Source: Phoronis australis | Lineage: Eukaryota; Animalia; Phoronida | Reading direction: 5' to 3' | Length of the DNA: 64,000 bases | Assembly: GCA_002633005.1 (NCBI GenBank) | Contig: NMRA01000602.1 | Coordinates: forward strand, 62,001 to 126,000 | In this document: positions 40,485 through 52,442 of the stretch, piece by piece | Position numbering within the stretch: the stretch's first letter is position 1 | Layout: every line of letters begins with the position of its first letter | The notes under the pieces: model-generated | Seen by the model: only the letters and a program-made list of their open reading frames with translations | Databases searched by the model: none | What the model was told of the DNA's origin: nothing | Position numbers and translations under genes: made by a program

Positions 40485-42682
40485 TGTCACGTTCTTCCCC
40501 GTGTGTGGGTGGGCGCAGGTTGTTACAGACTGGTGCTAATAGCTTTCGGTGCGACGATTGACTGAAGACTAGTTCGAGTTAATCCTTTATTAATCCCGAC
40601 CGTATGTTCACAAGCCTACTCAAACAAAACGTCCGACGTAATGTCTGTTTATGCTCCAGCCAGTGCTGCGAAGCTTTGACTTGTGATGAACTTCTGAGAC
40701 ACGTTCTTGGACTCAACTGACTAACACAAACCCGTGCTTGTGTATTTATAGCTTAATGCATTGTTCTAGAACTTTTCATCAATTCAAGCACATACCAGAA
40801 CTTTCTGGAACCTACCCAATCATTCTACAAACACGTACTAGTCTCTAGAATAATCCAGACTGCATTAATCACTGTCATGCTAGAGTCTTCTAGAAAGCTC
40901 CACACTGTACTGCAGTAAACAAATTACATCATCACTGTTCTGACCTCAGTCTTCTAGAAAGTTCCATACTATTCTGTAGTAAACAAATTACATCATCATT
41001 GTACTTAACTCAGGGGTCATGCCAATCAAACAGAATAACAAAACAAAACAATACAACTGTCAGACTATATTCTGACAACACACCTCTGCCAAAGAGAAAA
41101 TTACTCTATAATTTTCCAACACAAAATCATCTGGCATATACAGTGTATATACAATCTACTATATCCGCCGCTAGAGTGCTCCCTGACTTGTAGTCTCTGC
41201 TTGAGCCCTGGAAAGTCACTGCTACCGTTTCCCTGCTGGATTCATCAGGATCTGTTCCTACCGACTTATCGGCCACCTCTTCTCCCTCTAGAGTTGAGGT
41301 CACATGGTTCTTCTCTTGGGAAGTCGTACCCTTTTGAGAGTCATCATTCGGACCCTCCACAAGGATATTGCCTGTATTGTCCTCGTTGGCAGTTGTTGCT
41401 CTCTGCTGCCGTTCAACATCTCCTTCGTCCAAGGCGCCAGGCACGTCCCAAATTATCAAATCGACCACTGGACGCTCCATACACATCACAAACATTTCTC
41501 CTGTGCAGTACGGTGTCTTGATGTTGACCTTTGTGACAGGCAAGCCATCTCTTGGTAGAGTCCGCCAACTTGCATGACCACTTCCGGCAGGTCATATCTC
41601 CTGGTTCGACTAGACTAGATCGAACCACAATTGTCGTGCAGCCTGTGTGTCTCAACACTGAGACATTCTTCATGCCAATATACCCCTCCTTCAGATACAG
41701 CTTTCCTTTGAAGGCGCGTTCACGGTTAGCATGCTTCACCGAATTCTTACTCTGAGAACCTCGGTGGCTGACCGCTGCTGACTTTTGGAGTTGCTTCTCC
41801 TGCAGACCCATTTCTTGTCTGAGGGCCATTAACTCCCTTAGTTGAGATCTTGTCTTCATAGTGAGTTGCTAATTCCAACAATCCACTTTATCGCACCTTG
41901 TTCCCGTCAGTAAGCTCCTGGGGGTACTCGCCAATTGTCACGTTTTTCCCCATGTGTGGGTGGGCGCAGGTTGTTACAGACTGGTGCTTATAGCTTTCGG
42001 TGCGACGATTGACTGAGGAGTTAATCCTTTATTAATCCCGACCGTATGTTCACAAGCCTACTCAAACAAAACGTCCGACGTAATGTCTGTTTATGCTCCA
42101 GCCAGTGCTGCGAAGCTTTGACTTGTGATGAACTTCTGAGACAAGTTCAGCAACTGTTACACTCGTTGATTCAATAACCTGCTGTCTCTATAGCTGGCTC
42201 TCTATTGACTATCGCTGTTACTGCTGAATCTGTTCACTGCAACTCAGCTGTAGTTTTCCTGATTAACTTTCTTGAACTGACTTGATCTTCTCGTGAACTG
42301 ACTTGATCTTCTTGGACTCAACTGACTAACACAAACCCGTGCTTGTGTATTTATAGCTTAATGCATTGTTCTGGAACTTTTCATCAATCCAAGCACCTAT
42401 CAGAACTTTCTGGAACCTACCCAATCATTCTACAAACATGTACTAGTCTCTAGAATATTCCAGACTGCATTAATCACTGTCATGCTAGAGGCTTCTAGAA
42501 AGTTCCACACTATACTGCAGTAAACAAATTACGTCATCACTGTTCTGACCTCAGTCTTCTAGAAAGTTCCATACTATTCTGTAGTAAACAAATTACATCA
42601 TCATTGTACTAAACTCAGGGGTCATGCCAATCAAACAGAATAACAAAACAAAACAATACAACTGTAAGACTATATTCTGACA
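40485..42682 (-). mobile_element. Internally deleted (non-autonomous) Gypsy-type LTR retrotransposon
   Basis: Two TG...CA LTRs (40485-41077, 41936-42682); 5-bp TSD ACGTG (40480-40484, 42683-42687); PBS-like TGGCGAGTACCCCCAGGAG next to the 5' LTR. The 858-bp interior holds a frameshifted aspartic-protease remnant (VSVLRHTGCTTIVVRSSLV...PVTKVNIKTPYCTG...MERPVVDLIIWDVPGA). Confidence 0.92.
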
Positions 42683-43154
42683 ACGTGCCATCACAGGATG
42701 CTCCAAGTGTACTTCAACTGGGGCTCTGCAATATCTCAAGGTCCTTCTCAGTGTTATGGAGAGACAGGTTTAAAAACATACAGACACAGTAACGAAGGCT
42801 TTAAAAAACCTCACTCAACATCTGCACACTCAAGTGTTGGAATCTTTTGAGAAATTTATGACCCTCAATGCATCCCTCAAGCGTACATCCCCCACCCATT
42901 AAGATCGTAGAGAATGGCGCCCCATCAGAGGTTTAGAAATGGTTCCCGGTTATGGGTGGCGGTTTGTACCACTAACGATCTAGTATAGCGAGCACTCCAT
43001 CTCTGCAACTGCTGACTTGCTGTCAGGTGATGCGTTCGAGGAACAACCAACCGTCATTGTCACTCCCAACTAGTAGCCAAGACAATGACCAAAGGGCGTT
43101 GCTGAGATTAACTACCTCTATTTATGCTATTATCTATCAGTTGATGATGTTTTT

Positions 43155-43520
43155 GTGGTTGCAAATGATGGTTCCTTCTCGGTAGACAACAATCCAGCTG
43201 ATTGGAGCTACCACATTTGCTCAGGAAATACCACTGTTGCAGAAGGATCTGGATACCACAAAATATACAACAGCAGCACTTTGAGGCCAAACAACGTTCG
43301 GTCGTCAGGCTTTCTGAGCTGGACCTGGCGCCAGGGATTGTCATCTTTGCAACATACTATATGCATGTCCCGTCAAAGATATGCTCTGGCAATCTGCCCT
43401 TTTACTGGTCATTTTCCATACCAAGCATCCATCCCAGGCTGTGATGTGGACCTATGTGCCTGGTCATGCCAGCATCCAAGTGAACAAAGAAGCGGGTCAG
43501 GTGGACGGGGCATCGAACAA
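43155..43520 (+). pseudogene. Degraded RNase H domain, probably from a non-LTR retrotransposon
   Basis: NDGSFSVD..WSY...AEGSG...SST followed in another frame by VMWTYVPGHASIQVNKEAGQ (RNase H motifs TDGS and W.PGH.GI.GNE.AD); frameshifted. Confidence 0.65.
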
Positions 43521-46500
43521 CAAAAGTCCTTTCAATCTGTCTCAACTTCAATTTTTTGGCTAGGCACACTTCCACCGTCAATATAAATAGAGACTGTGTA
43601 CCTATAGCGATGGGGCCTTATCCTGAACTCTAGTTTTGTATGCTACCTGCTCCTCCAGCCGGTCCAGGGGCATACAAAGGCGACTGAAAAATCAAAAGCT
43701 AATGGGCAATATGAGCTTTGGAAGTTTGCGTCTCCTGCTGTAGAAGTTTGGTGAAGACACTAGTACCACCGCACACCGTCTAATTTAGATTAGCCTAGTT
43801 CTCTCACATATGGAATTTTCCCACAGAAACGTCCCATGTGTTCATTTGAAAAGAACAAATTGCATGAATGAATCGTCCATTCCCTCACATAGTGAGCAAA
43901 GTGTCACAAGAAATTCACAGTTGCTCGGCGGCTACGTTACTGATAAACCCACTCGTGTACGAGTTACTTCCAAAATATACGCTGGGTCGTTTGTTTGGAT
44001 TCTTACTTCATGGTCCTGATAGATCGGAAGCCCAGAGCACTTAGCATAGATGAACGAGGTACCAACATCTGGCAACGGGAGCATTTAGAGTGTACTTCAG
44101 TGTGTACAGAAATGGACGTCTGCCGTTGTCTGCACTCTGGGTGTGACCCCTGGGGTCTTGAAAAGTGGCCACAATTGAGCTAGACTAGTTATTCGAGGTA
44201 CTGGCCAAAACTGATTTAAAACAAACAATAGTTCCGCACTTAACACCAAATGCTCCAGGACAGACAAATTGCACTCTGAAATTGGTCCAGCAGAATCCAA
44301 AAAGACCCCCCTCCAAAATGAGCTAGAACATACATTCGAGGTACGACAAAAACCAAGTCCATGTGATTCAATACATGTCACTGGTCATCAAATTCCCTAT
44401 GACAGACAAAATACACATGCTTTTCTTATGTACCCGTGTATAAAGGATAACGACAGATAATCATTGGGGTTTATTTTACTAAACCCGGTCAGATTATTAT
44501 CGAACTTGAAAAAGAAATAAAATAAACATCGTGCATAAAACACACAGAACGTCGGGAGTTTATGAATTGCTTATCAATTACTTACCAGTTTTTCATTTAC
44601 CACTTTTTCATGCAATTTAACTTAATTATATATCTATGTTGACTCGCACCTCACAATTTGCCACGGCGAGCCCTTTGGAAATTTATAGGCGCAGTGCAAA
44701 TGCTGTCAATGTCTAATTGAATGTTTTGCTAATTAACGTGTAACTGCGTGGCATCTGAAAACAGTGATGAGAAAAACATTAAGTGGCAAGCTGTTGTTCC
44801 TATTCTTAATAAAATGTGCCAGATGCAAGTTTGGGCTGCAATCAGGCAATCCAGGTGTTTCATTATGCACGATATAAGGAGCCAACTGTCGCTCATGGAT
44901 CTGTACAGAAGTGGGTTACAGGAAGGTCGAAATGAGGAAAGAGCATACACAGATCTGCTACCTGGGTAATAAAGTGGTAACTGACACCGACGATAGTTGT
45001 ATTGGTACAATAATACCATCCGCGTTACTATAGCTATTGTTATCCTATTGCTTTATTACCAGGATAGTTATTGTTACTATTTGCTTATGTATAGATTGAA
45101 TGTCATTCAAAAAGTTCCTTTGAATCACCATTTAATCGGTCAATTTTTTATTGCTGATCGTCAAAATGTTACAGTGTCCACGGCAAGTATCCCAACTTAC
45201 CCAATCACGCAGACCCAACATCGTCTGAATGCGCACAGCACATGTGGCAATAGACTTTGGAGAGACAAACTAGGGTTCCCCTCTTCTCTTAACTTCCTTC
45301 TTCTAAACTTAAACTACACAACGAGGATTCTCCCGAATTCTAGAAGACGTAATGCTGGTTGTCCACCCGCTAATTGAAAATGGTGAATCAACATGCTACG
45401 TTATTATAAATTCGCCACGCAAAACCATGTAATTACTGGGAAATAATTTAGTGATATTTTCAACAAAGACCACCAATTAGACCCCAAGCGGTTCATATTT
45501 TTGTTTACTGTAGCTTTTGTCCTTGTAAATTTGTCATGCAGTTCAGAGAATTTGTTGGTATAACAAATTATAGGTCAGCTCAGGGCTTTTGGCATTTGTC
45601 TATTCGTTATACACTCCTCAAAAGGCAATTTAGTGTTAATCCTTGTAAGATTACCGTACTTGTAACAGTTTTTGCACAATTCTTTATTAATTTACAAAGT
45701 GTGTGTATGTCTTTGTTGTACAGGGAGTCCAGTGCTTTAGATTTTTTATTATTTCTCCTCGCGAACGTTCTTCATTCAAACTGCTGTAAATGTGTAAGAT
45801 GGTCCAACAACACCCAATCTTCCCCTCAATCTGTTTCAACATGTCAATAGGACAATCAGGAATGCCACTCTATTCACCCACATGTATTATATGTCTTAAT
45901 TGAATTGTTGACATTTCAGGAGCGACTTACTTGATAGCCATTTTATGGACAGTTGACGGTATGAACTTTTGTTATCATTTCAAACACTGTACAATAGTCT
46001 GTGGTTACTGGGCTTCCCCATCCGCCTCTATGCTCCAACCGATGTTCACCTAACCCTATCTTTCCGTCCCAATCTCCCATGCAACTTCGTTCCGATGTTC
46101 CCCCCTCTAGGTTCCCCCTTTCCGACGTGATGAAATCTCGGGATCATAAGTCTGGGCATGTGAGCACTGATACGCCGCAAAATGTAACAATTTCGCAAAA
46201 TGTAAAAACTGTTACATTTTACGTCATATTTACATTTCACGTTGCTGGACCTCTCCTAAAATGTAACAAATTGTCCACGATAGTCTGATTTATTTCAGTC
46301 AGTGTTTATTTGATTTGGAGTCATCGCCAAGGCTCCAAACAACGGGTTCTGTCTACCACCTGATTTACGAATGACAATTTTTAAAAAACATTGTGGTAGA
46401 AGAAAATAAAAGCACGCATGTATTTGCGGCCATGTTGAACGAATTTGCCAACCCAACTGCAAAAGTTCGCCTTTGATAAGAGCAAAAGTGGCGGCATAGC

Positions 46501-46602
46501 AACTTGTTAAAACGGCTTAAATGCTGAAGGAAATGCCATTGTTTGTATTATATCAAATCTGTTTGGAATAGTGGTTGTAAGAAAAGATCAAACCGGTACG
46601 TG

Positions 46603-46617
46603 TATATATATAAATGG
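46603..46617 (+). promoter_or_regulatory. Candidate TATA box of gene 4
   Basis: TATATATATAAATGG about 170 nt upstream of the predicted ATG; shares TATAAATGG with the gene 2 and gene 3 promoters but lacks an exact CAGGTGTTAC. Confidence 0.4.
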
Positions 46618-46778
46618 AAGGTCTAGCTGGGAAAATAGAAAATGTTTCGTCACTCTAAAAGGACCTAATCATTTTGCTCAAACCCGCTGCAGGTTGACAT
46701 ATTAAAAGGACAATTGTCCAAAGTTCGTTAGTCCTAAGTACAAATAAGTAAAGACATAGATTGGACATTCCAGTATTA

Positions 46779-46851
46779 ATGGACGTGAAGCCACGTGTCT
46801 CACAGTGGGGTGCCATTTTTGTGTTGCTGCTCGCTATCAAGAACACGCGTG
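46779..46851 (+). CDS. Gene 4, signal-peptide exon
   Basis: MDVKPRVSQWGAIFVLLLAIKNTR(G), similar in length and character to the two-exon signal peptides of genes 2 and 3. Phase-1 donor G|GTTGTA is weak; the next GT would create TGA on splicing. Confidence 0.55.
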
Positions 46852-47669
46852 GTTGTACGGAAACATAAGGAAATTTGGTATATTGACAGTTTTGCTACAT
46901 CGCACAAAAAGCTCATATTAAACATCGGTGACTTCGAATTTAGCCGTTTTTGTTTCATAGAAGCCATTTTCAAGGAAACCTAGTTGAAACCCTGTGTTCT
47001 TCCTATAATACTAGGGTCCATTCAACATAAATTGTTGCGTTTTGTGTTACCAGCTATTCTATTGACCCGGTGACTGCAGTCATAGTCGACTAGTCGCTAG
47101 TTCTCGAAATAAGTCTGCCTCCAGAGTTCACCTTAACGTAGTTTTTGAACTTACACATCATCGTGGAACGAGACCAAGGAAAAGATACCCGTCAACAAGA
47201 GACAAAACTGATAACACGGTGGGTATATTCACGTTTAGATGTAAGTTGCATGTAAAAAAATACAATCTGATTCAGTGCTTCGTGGCAAACTACAGAAGGA
47301 TACAGTCATGTTTGCAAACAATACCCTGCTTGCTGATAGTTCAGAAGTAATTGATTTTTGAAGTGGTCTAAAAAAGATTTTAATTCTCAACCTCCTAATT
47401 TTCAAAAGATACATGTACTGTAGGTGTACTCTGAATCCACAGCTGACAAGACGTTTCTCACAAGATCGTTAAGGCTCAACATAGAAACGCCCTTAATATC
47501 CTTTTGAAAAACATGTAGCACTCGCTGTCTATAATAAGAAGCCCAGTGAAACATTGAACCACAAATGAGATGATATAAAACTCTTTGAGGACCATGATTT
47601 ATTAGCTCTTTGCTTAAACATGTATTGTGTGCATTGCATTCTGTCCTCTTTAGACAAATTCAAAAATAT

Positions 47670-47800
47670 CAATTATAATAATGATAACTATACCGATAAC
47701 GAGTAACAGTAGTGAAAGTAGTATTAGTAATAATAACATGAATAGTAGTCATGGTAGTAACAGCATTAATAACAGTAGTAATAGTAATGTAATTGTAATA
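47670..47800. repeat. Degenerate (AAT/AGT)n trinucleotide low-complexity tract
   Basis: agtaacagtagtgaaagtagtattagtaataataac... pattern. Confidence 0.7.
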
Positions 47801-47921
47801 AAATGATGGGAAGCCAGAATCATGCCGTGTGAGCCCTGAGGGCATTTCTACAGAAGAATGAATGTTTGTGCAAGAATTTTGATTTGCAAGTGACAATGTA
47901 ACGCAAAAAAGTTTATTGCAG

Positions 47922-48239
47922 GATTCCGATTCTCTGCGAAAACACTCACGCTCAGTGAACTTGGCTGTTACGTTGATATCAAACAGCAGCCGGATATGAA
48001 CCTCCTGCTGTATGAAGGAGAACTGAATACCCATGAGAAATGTTCGAGAGAGTGCAAAGCACGATGGTATTTGTATGCTGCTGTTCAAAACGGCGACATG
48101 TGTTGGTGCAGCAATACATTTGGGAAACACGGCCGCGCAATCAAGACTGATTGCGAGCAGCGTTTGTGTCCGGGAGACCCACGGAAATTTTGTGGCGGTC
48201 ATCTTCGCAACTTTATAATGAGAACCGGTTACGCACCAG
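47922..48239 (+). CDS. WSC-cluster gene 4, WSC exon subtype A
   Basis: Acceptor TTATTGCAG|, donor CAG|GTATAA; 318 nt, phase 1-1. Reads FRFSAKTLTLSELGCYVDIKQQPDMNLLLYEG...CSRECKARWYLYAAVQNGDMCWCSN...CPGDPRKFCGG. Confidence 0.92.
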
Positions 48240-49133
48240 GTATAATTTTGCTTCACCATTCAGTTTGCCATACCGCCAAGCTGGAGTGCCTGGATTTATC
48301 CGGCCTACCAGCTAAAGTAAATTTGTTCGGTTATTTCAAAAAGAATAAAGTAAACAAAGTCCACGCTACAGTGGACAACGAATGGTTTATGCCAGAAAAT
48401 TCTACACATATCTTTTGAAATGAAGCTGTGTGAATTGCAATGTCCACCAAAACGTATATTTTTAGACGAAAGCATTTGGCCATGAGGTACATTTCGAGCC
48501 TAATTGCAGTACATTTACTTGTAAATACTTTACCTTAAAATGAAAGCGATAGACCCACTTTAGAATTTACAAGAAATAAAAATTGGAAAAACTACCGTAG
48601 TACATTATTAAAAAATATTTCCTTTAGTTTTTGGGTAGTCGGATATTTCCATTTTGTTATTTCTCAAATGTTACCTGTTTATTTTGGTTTTAGAACGTTT
48701 CTTGCTTATGGGACCTGCAGTGTTTTTCGTTAGAATTGATGCATTGTTTTTTGGAGGCAATGCTTATGTTACAAAGTGGCTTTCTGAAAACACCACGCTG
48801 CAAACCTAACGTGACCACTGTTTTGTCCACAACGTGCTATGTTGAGTTTTCGAATTACATGTATATAAGATTATACTTACCAATAATGCATTTTAAAAGT
48901 CGAAATTTGATTAGAAACTGTATCATTTTTTAAAATCTGTTTTTGAAGGGACGGAATCATAGTCAGTATGCCATGAAAAGTGTTAACGAGATTTGAATCT
49001 CACTAGAATACATGGATACTGAATAAAAAAACAGACTCTAAGAGTGCTTTGCACACACCGTGACATTGATATTTGATAAAGTTTGACCAGCACAGCTACT
49101 GAATACTGAGTGCTGTATGCCTTTGTAATTCAG

Positions 49134-49418
49134 AATCCAAAGAGCATGTTGGAAAATGCTGGACAATTAACACCAGGAATACCATGACAAACGCATACAA
49201 GGGCAAACTGAACAGCCATTCCTTCTGCAGTTCAGTTTGTGGAGCCATCCAAAAAAAGTTTGCAGGAGTGCATAATGGTAACCAGTGTTGGTGTGGAGAC
49301 GATCTCTTCTTTGATGACTTGGCTCCTGACAACGAGTGTGTAGTACCATGCAGTGGCAACTCCGAAGAAAAATGCGGCAGTGAAGGAGTAATGATGCTTC
49401 TTCACTCGTTTAAAGCAG
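49134..49418 (+). CDS. WSC-cluster gene 4, WSC exon subtype B
   Basis: Acceptor AATTCAG|, donor CAG|GTGAGA; 285 nt, phase 1-1. Reads SKEHVGKCWTIN...CSSVCGAIQKKFAGVHNGNQCWCGDD...CVVPCSGNSEEKCGS. Confidence 0.92.
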
Positions 49419-49876
49419 GTGAGATAGAAATACAAATTTGCGTTGATCACATAATTTGAAAGACGTGTTTTCTTGGCCATAGCGATTTAAAAACACTATC
49501 AAATTCATGGTTTTCTTTTGAAATCGAACACCTTTCTGTCCTGTGCGGCTGTCTCCGGAAGAGTTTTTTGGTAATGAACATAGTTTATCTCCTTTGATGC
49601 ACCTAATATTCTCCATGGACATATTTTCATAGTTTACATGACATATATAATATGCTTTAGACAAGCTATATAACGTTCACATCAATACATATATACGTGT
49701 ACGTGTAAATGTAGCCTCATCATAAGTAAGGCCTGGAACACAAAAAGGACTAAACTGTTTTATTCAGACTTGTGTTCTCTGAGGCTTCTACTGAAACTGA
49801 ATTCAAAAGGTTCACTGGGCATATTTGCGATTTTTTCATGAAAATTTTGAAATAATTCTTATGTCAAAGCATTTTT

Positions 49877-49982
49877 GGGATTGTTCTAAAACCCCCTCGA
49901 CCGCCCACACCCCGCAACCACGCCGAAGGTCGTGGGTCGAGGGGGTCGAGGGGGTTGAGGGGGTCGAGGGGGATTTAGTTCT
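49877..49982. repeat. Short internally deleted copy of the dispersed TIR family
   Basis: GGGATTGTTCTAAAACCCCCTCGACC...GGTCGAGGGGGATTTAGTTC; termini only. Confidence 0.6.
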
Positions 49983-50179
49983 TTTGATATTCACAATACA
50001 AGTATCAACAAACACAGCATTTGTTTTAAAATTTATTTTCTTGCAATTTTTGTAGGCGTCAAACGTTCCGGTGCTTAATTAACATTATTTTTGAGACACA
50101 ATAACGTCACTATTGTATCTGCGTCCAACCCCTATATTCGAACAGTAACCATTTTCAATCATATTCCCTTCCATTCCAG

Positions 50180-50534
50180 TTGACGGTGTTATAGAAGGTT
50201 GCTACAGTGATGTCAAAACCAATGCCTTAACACATTTACTGAACGAAAACTCCAAACAGTTTTTCGTCAACCGAAATTATAAAAATCTTACAAAACTGGA
50301 TACCCCGGGGATAATAAAACAATGACGCCGAAGTTCTGTCAAAATTATTGTAGAACACGATCGTTTCGACTAGCTGGTCTCGAAGGTGGAGTCGAGTGTT
50401 GGTGCGGAAATAAGTTTAACGTCAGAGTTCTTCTCCTGGATAATCAAAAGTGCAACACGCCATGCAGAGGTGACCTTAGGCTAACCTGTGGAGGTCAATA
50501 TCGTATGTTTGTCATGACCACTGGCTTCAGCTGA
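50180..50534 (+). CDS. WSC-cluster gene 4, terminal WSC exon subtype C with apparent 1-nt deletion near 50290-50310
   Basis: Acceptor CCATTCCAG| phase 1 gives DGVIEGCYSDVKT...KLDTPGIIKQ* (stop 50323). The rest of the domain (MTPKFCQNYCRTRSFRLAGLEGGVECWCGN...CNTPCRGDLRLTCGG) is in another frame from 50322. Confidence 0.8.
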
Positions 50535-51457
50535 AATCCGTGCATTTTTATCTGTTACCTCATTGGCCAGCGCACAAGTTTGGGAACTGCATTGCACCTT
50601 GGATGTTCTCTGTTGCTATTGCGTGTGATAGAAACCTTATACCCCTGTTATACCTTCAGTTATCCAGATTTGGCCATGGGTCCCTGATGTTGGACTCCAT
50701 CAGATTAAATATTTGTTATGATAATGTTTAGCCGTAAACTCGTGTTATTGTCAGCGTTTTAACTCAGAATGGTGGTGGAGGTCAAATTGTAGACGAAACC
50801 TGCTCGTCAAAAATATTGTTGACAAAAGCTTGTCTCTTTTACGTACCCAGCACAGAAGCAATGGCACAATGCCATATTCATGCACGCCCCGTTATTAAAA
50901 ATGACCAGAATCCGGTTTTGCCGGAATTATTATACGGTAGCACAACCACGGAAACACGATAATTGTGATGCGGTATACAATTTACACCTGATTATCCTCA
51001 ATAAATTATCATATTCTAAAACAGTTTGCAATCCTGCATTTGACCGCATTCAGGCGGGCAAACCAAACGTCATGCAAGAAAAATTAAGTCAAAATGACCT
51101 TTTTGATTAAAGTGAAATGATTTTCAAGCTCCAGGGGTAGGCCCTCTATATTAAAATTCGAAGCCCTGTCGGAAGACCACCAAAATCGACGCCTGATTCA
51201 TTTTTGCTTGGCCAAAAAGCTAAAGGCACTAGTTTTGCTTTACTCTAAGCAGGTGGAGATAGCAATATCACCATATGGATTTCAGTCTAACACGGGTAAG
51301 GCATCACTCTCCAGTACGATGAGCTCGGTTGCTCGTACATGTACGTTATTTTAACGTGTCGACAGCATTGAGTAGTCTACACCGTCTCGACTGCATTTCG
51401 AGACGGTGAAGGCTCTATAGGACGTTATTCGGGGAATTGTGCCCCACAATGATTAAA

Positions 51458-51459
<2 letters not shown>

Positions 51460-51502
<43 letters not shown>

Positions 51503-51540
51503 CACACACACACACGCGCGCGGGCGCGTGTGCGCGCACA
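51460..51540. repeat. (CA)n microsatellite followed by short (CG)n
   Basis: cacacaca... run then cgcgcgcgggcgcgtgtgcgcg. Confidence 0.95.
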
Positions 51541-52442
51541 CAGTGTAAAAATTGGACAGTTGCCGATTCGGGCAACTCAACAGACTGCTAATTTTATGTT
51601 TGATTGCAGGGTTATTTGTTTCGGTTGGAAGGAATTAAAGACATCAACGCCCTCCTAATGTGTCTTTCTGTACGAGTTTCGGATGGCTGTCAAGCGTAAT
51701 TCACTGAGATATTCCCATTAATGACAACAACGGACGTTTCCGTCTTTCAGTAACTTTTATTGTAACTCCCAGAACAACCCACAGATGTCTCTCTAACATC
51801 CCTTTCTCTTTACTCTTTTGAATAAACGACCTAATCAGCTAACGAAAAAAAAAAAACAAAAACATCAAAGCTAAACTACAAATTTCTTACGTACAACAAA
51901 ACAACACATATCTTAAGCAACCGAAGGGTCAAATGGCTTGGTGGGTTTAACTGATCGACCAGAACGAGTTATATAAGGCGTTGGCATGAGGGTTTGAACG
52001 TCTGAACCATGACAAGCCGCCGCCGAGGTTGGCTCCCGTATTTCTGGTTGAACGTAAATCATTTGGCTCAACAGGGTGCGAGTGAGCCTCCTGAATGGGT
52101 AAACATTGCCTGGCCACCATTTGGAGACAAACCACGATTGAGTGCTGACTGAATATGTTTCCTATTACGTCTGACCCGGCCTTTAGGAGTATCAACCATA
52201 TAAGACCTCGGTGCGGGCATCGAAGCAACCCTACCGTGTGTCCATGAAGTTCCCCGATTTTGTGGAGACGGCTTCGTGTAGACGATGTCACCCACTTCTA
52301 AGTCAGACATATCAGACACAACACCTTTCGTTTTATCGTACTGTACTTTAGCCTTTGTTCGACGATGACTAATCTCAGACTTAACAATAGCAGGAGAGAC
52401 TGCACACGGCAAAAGTTGTTCAGTGGACATGGGTAAACATGT

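Noticed and set aside
47669-48259. 196-aa minus-strand ORF
   Set aside because: Antisense shadow of the WSC exon plus a trinucleotide low-complexity tract.
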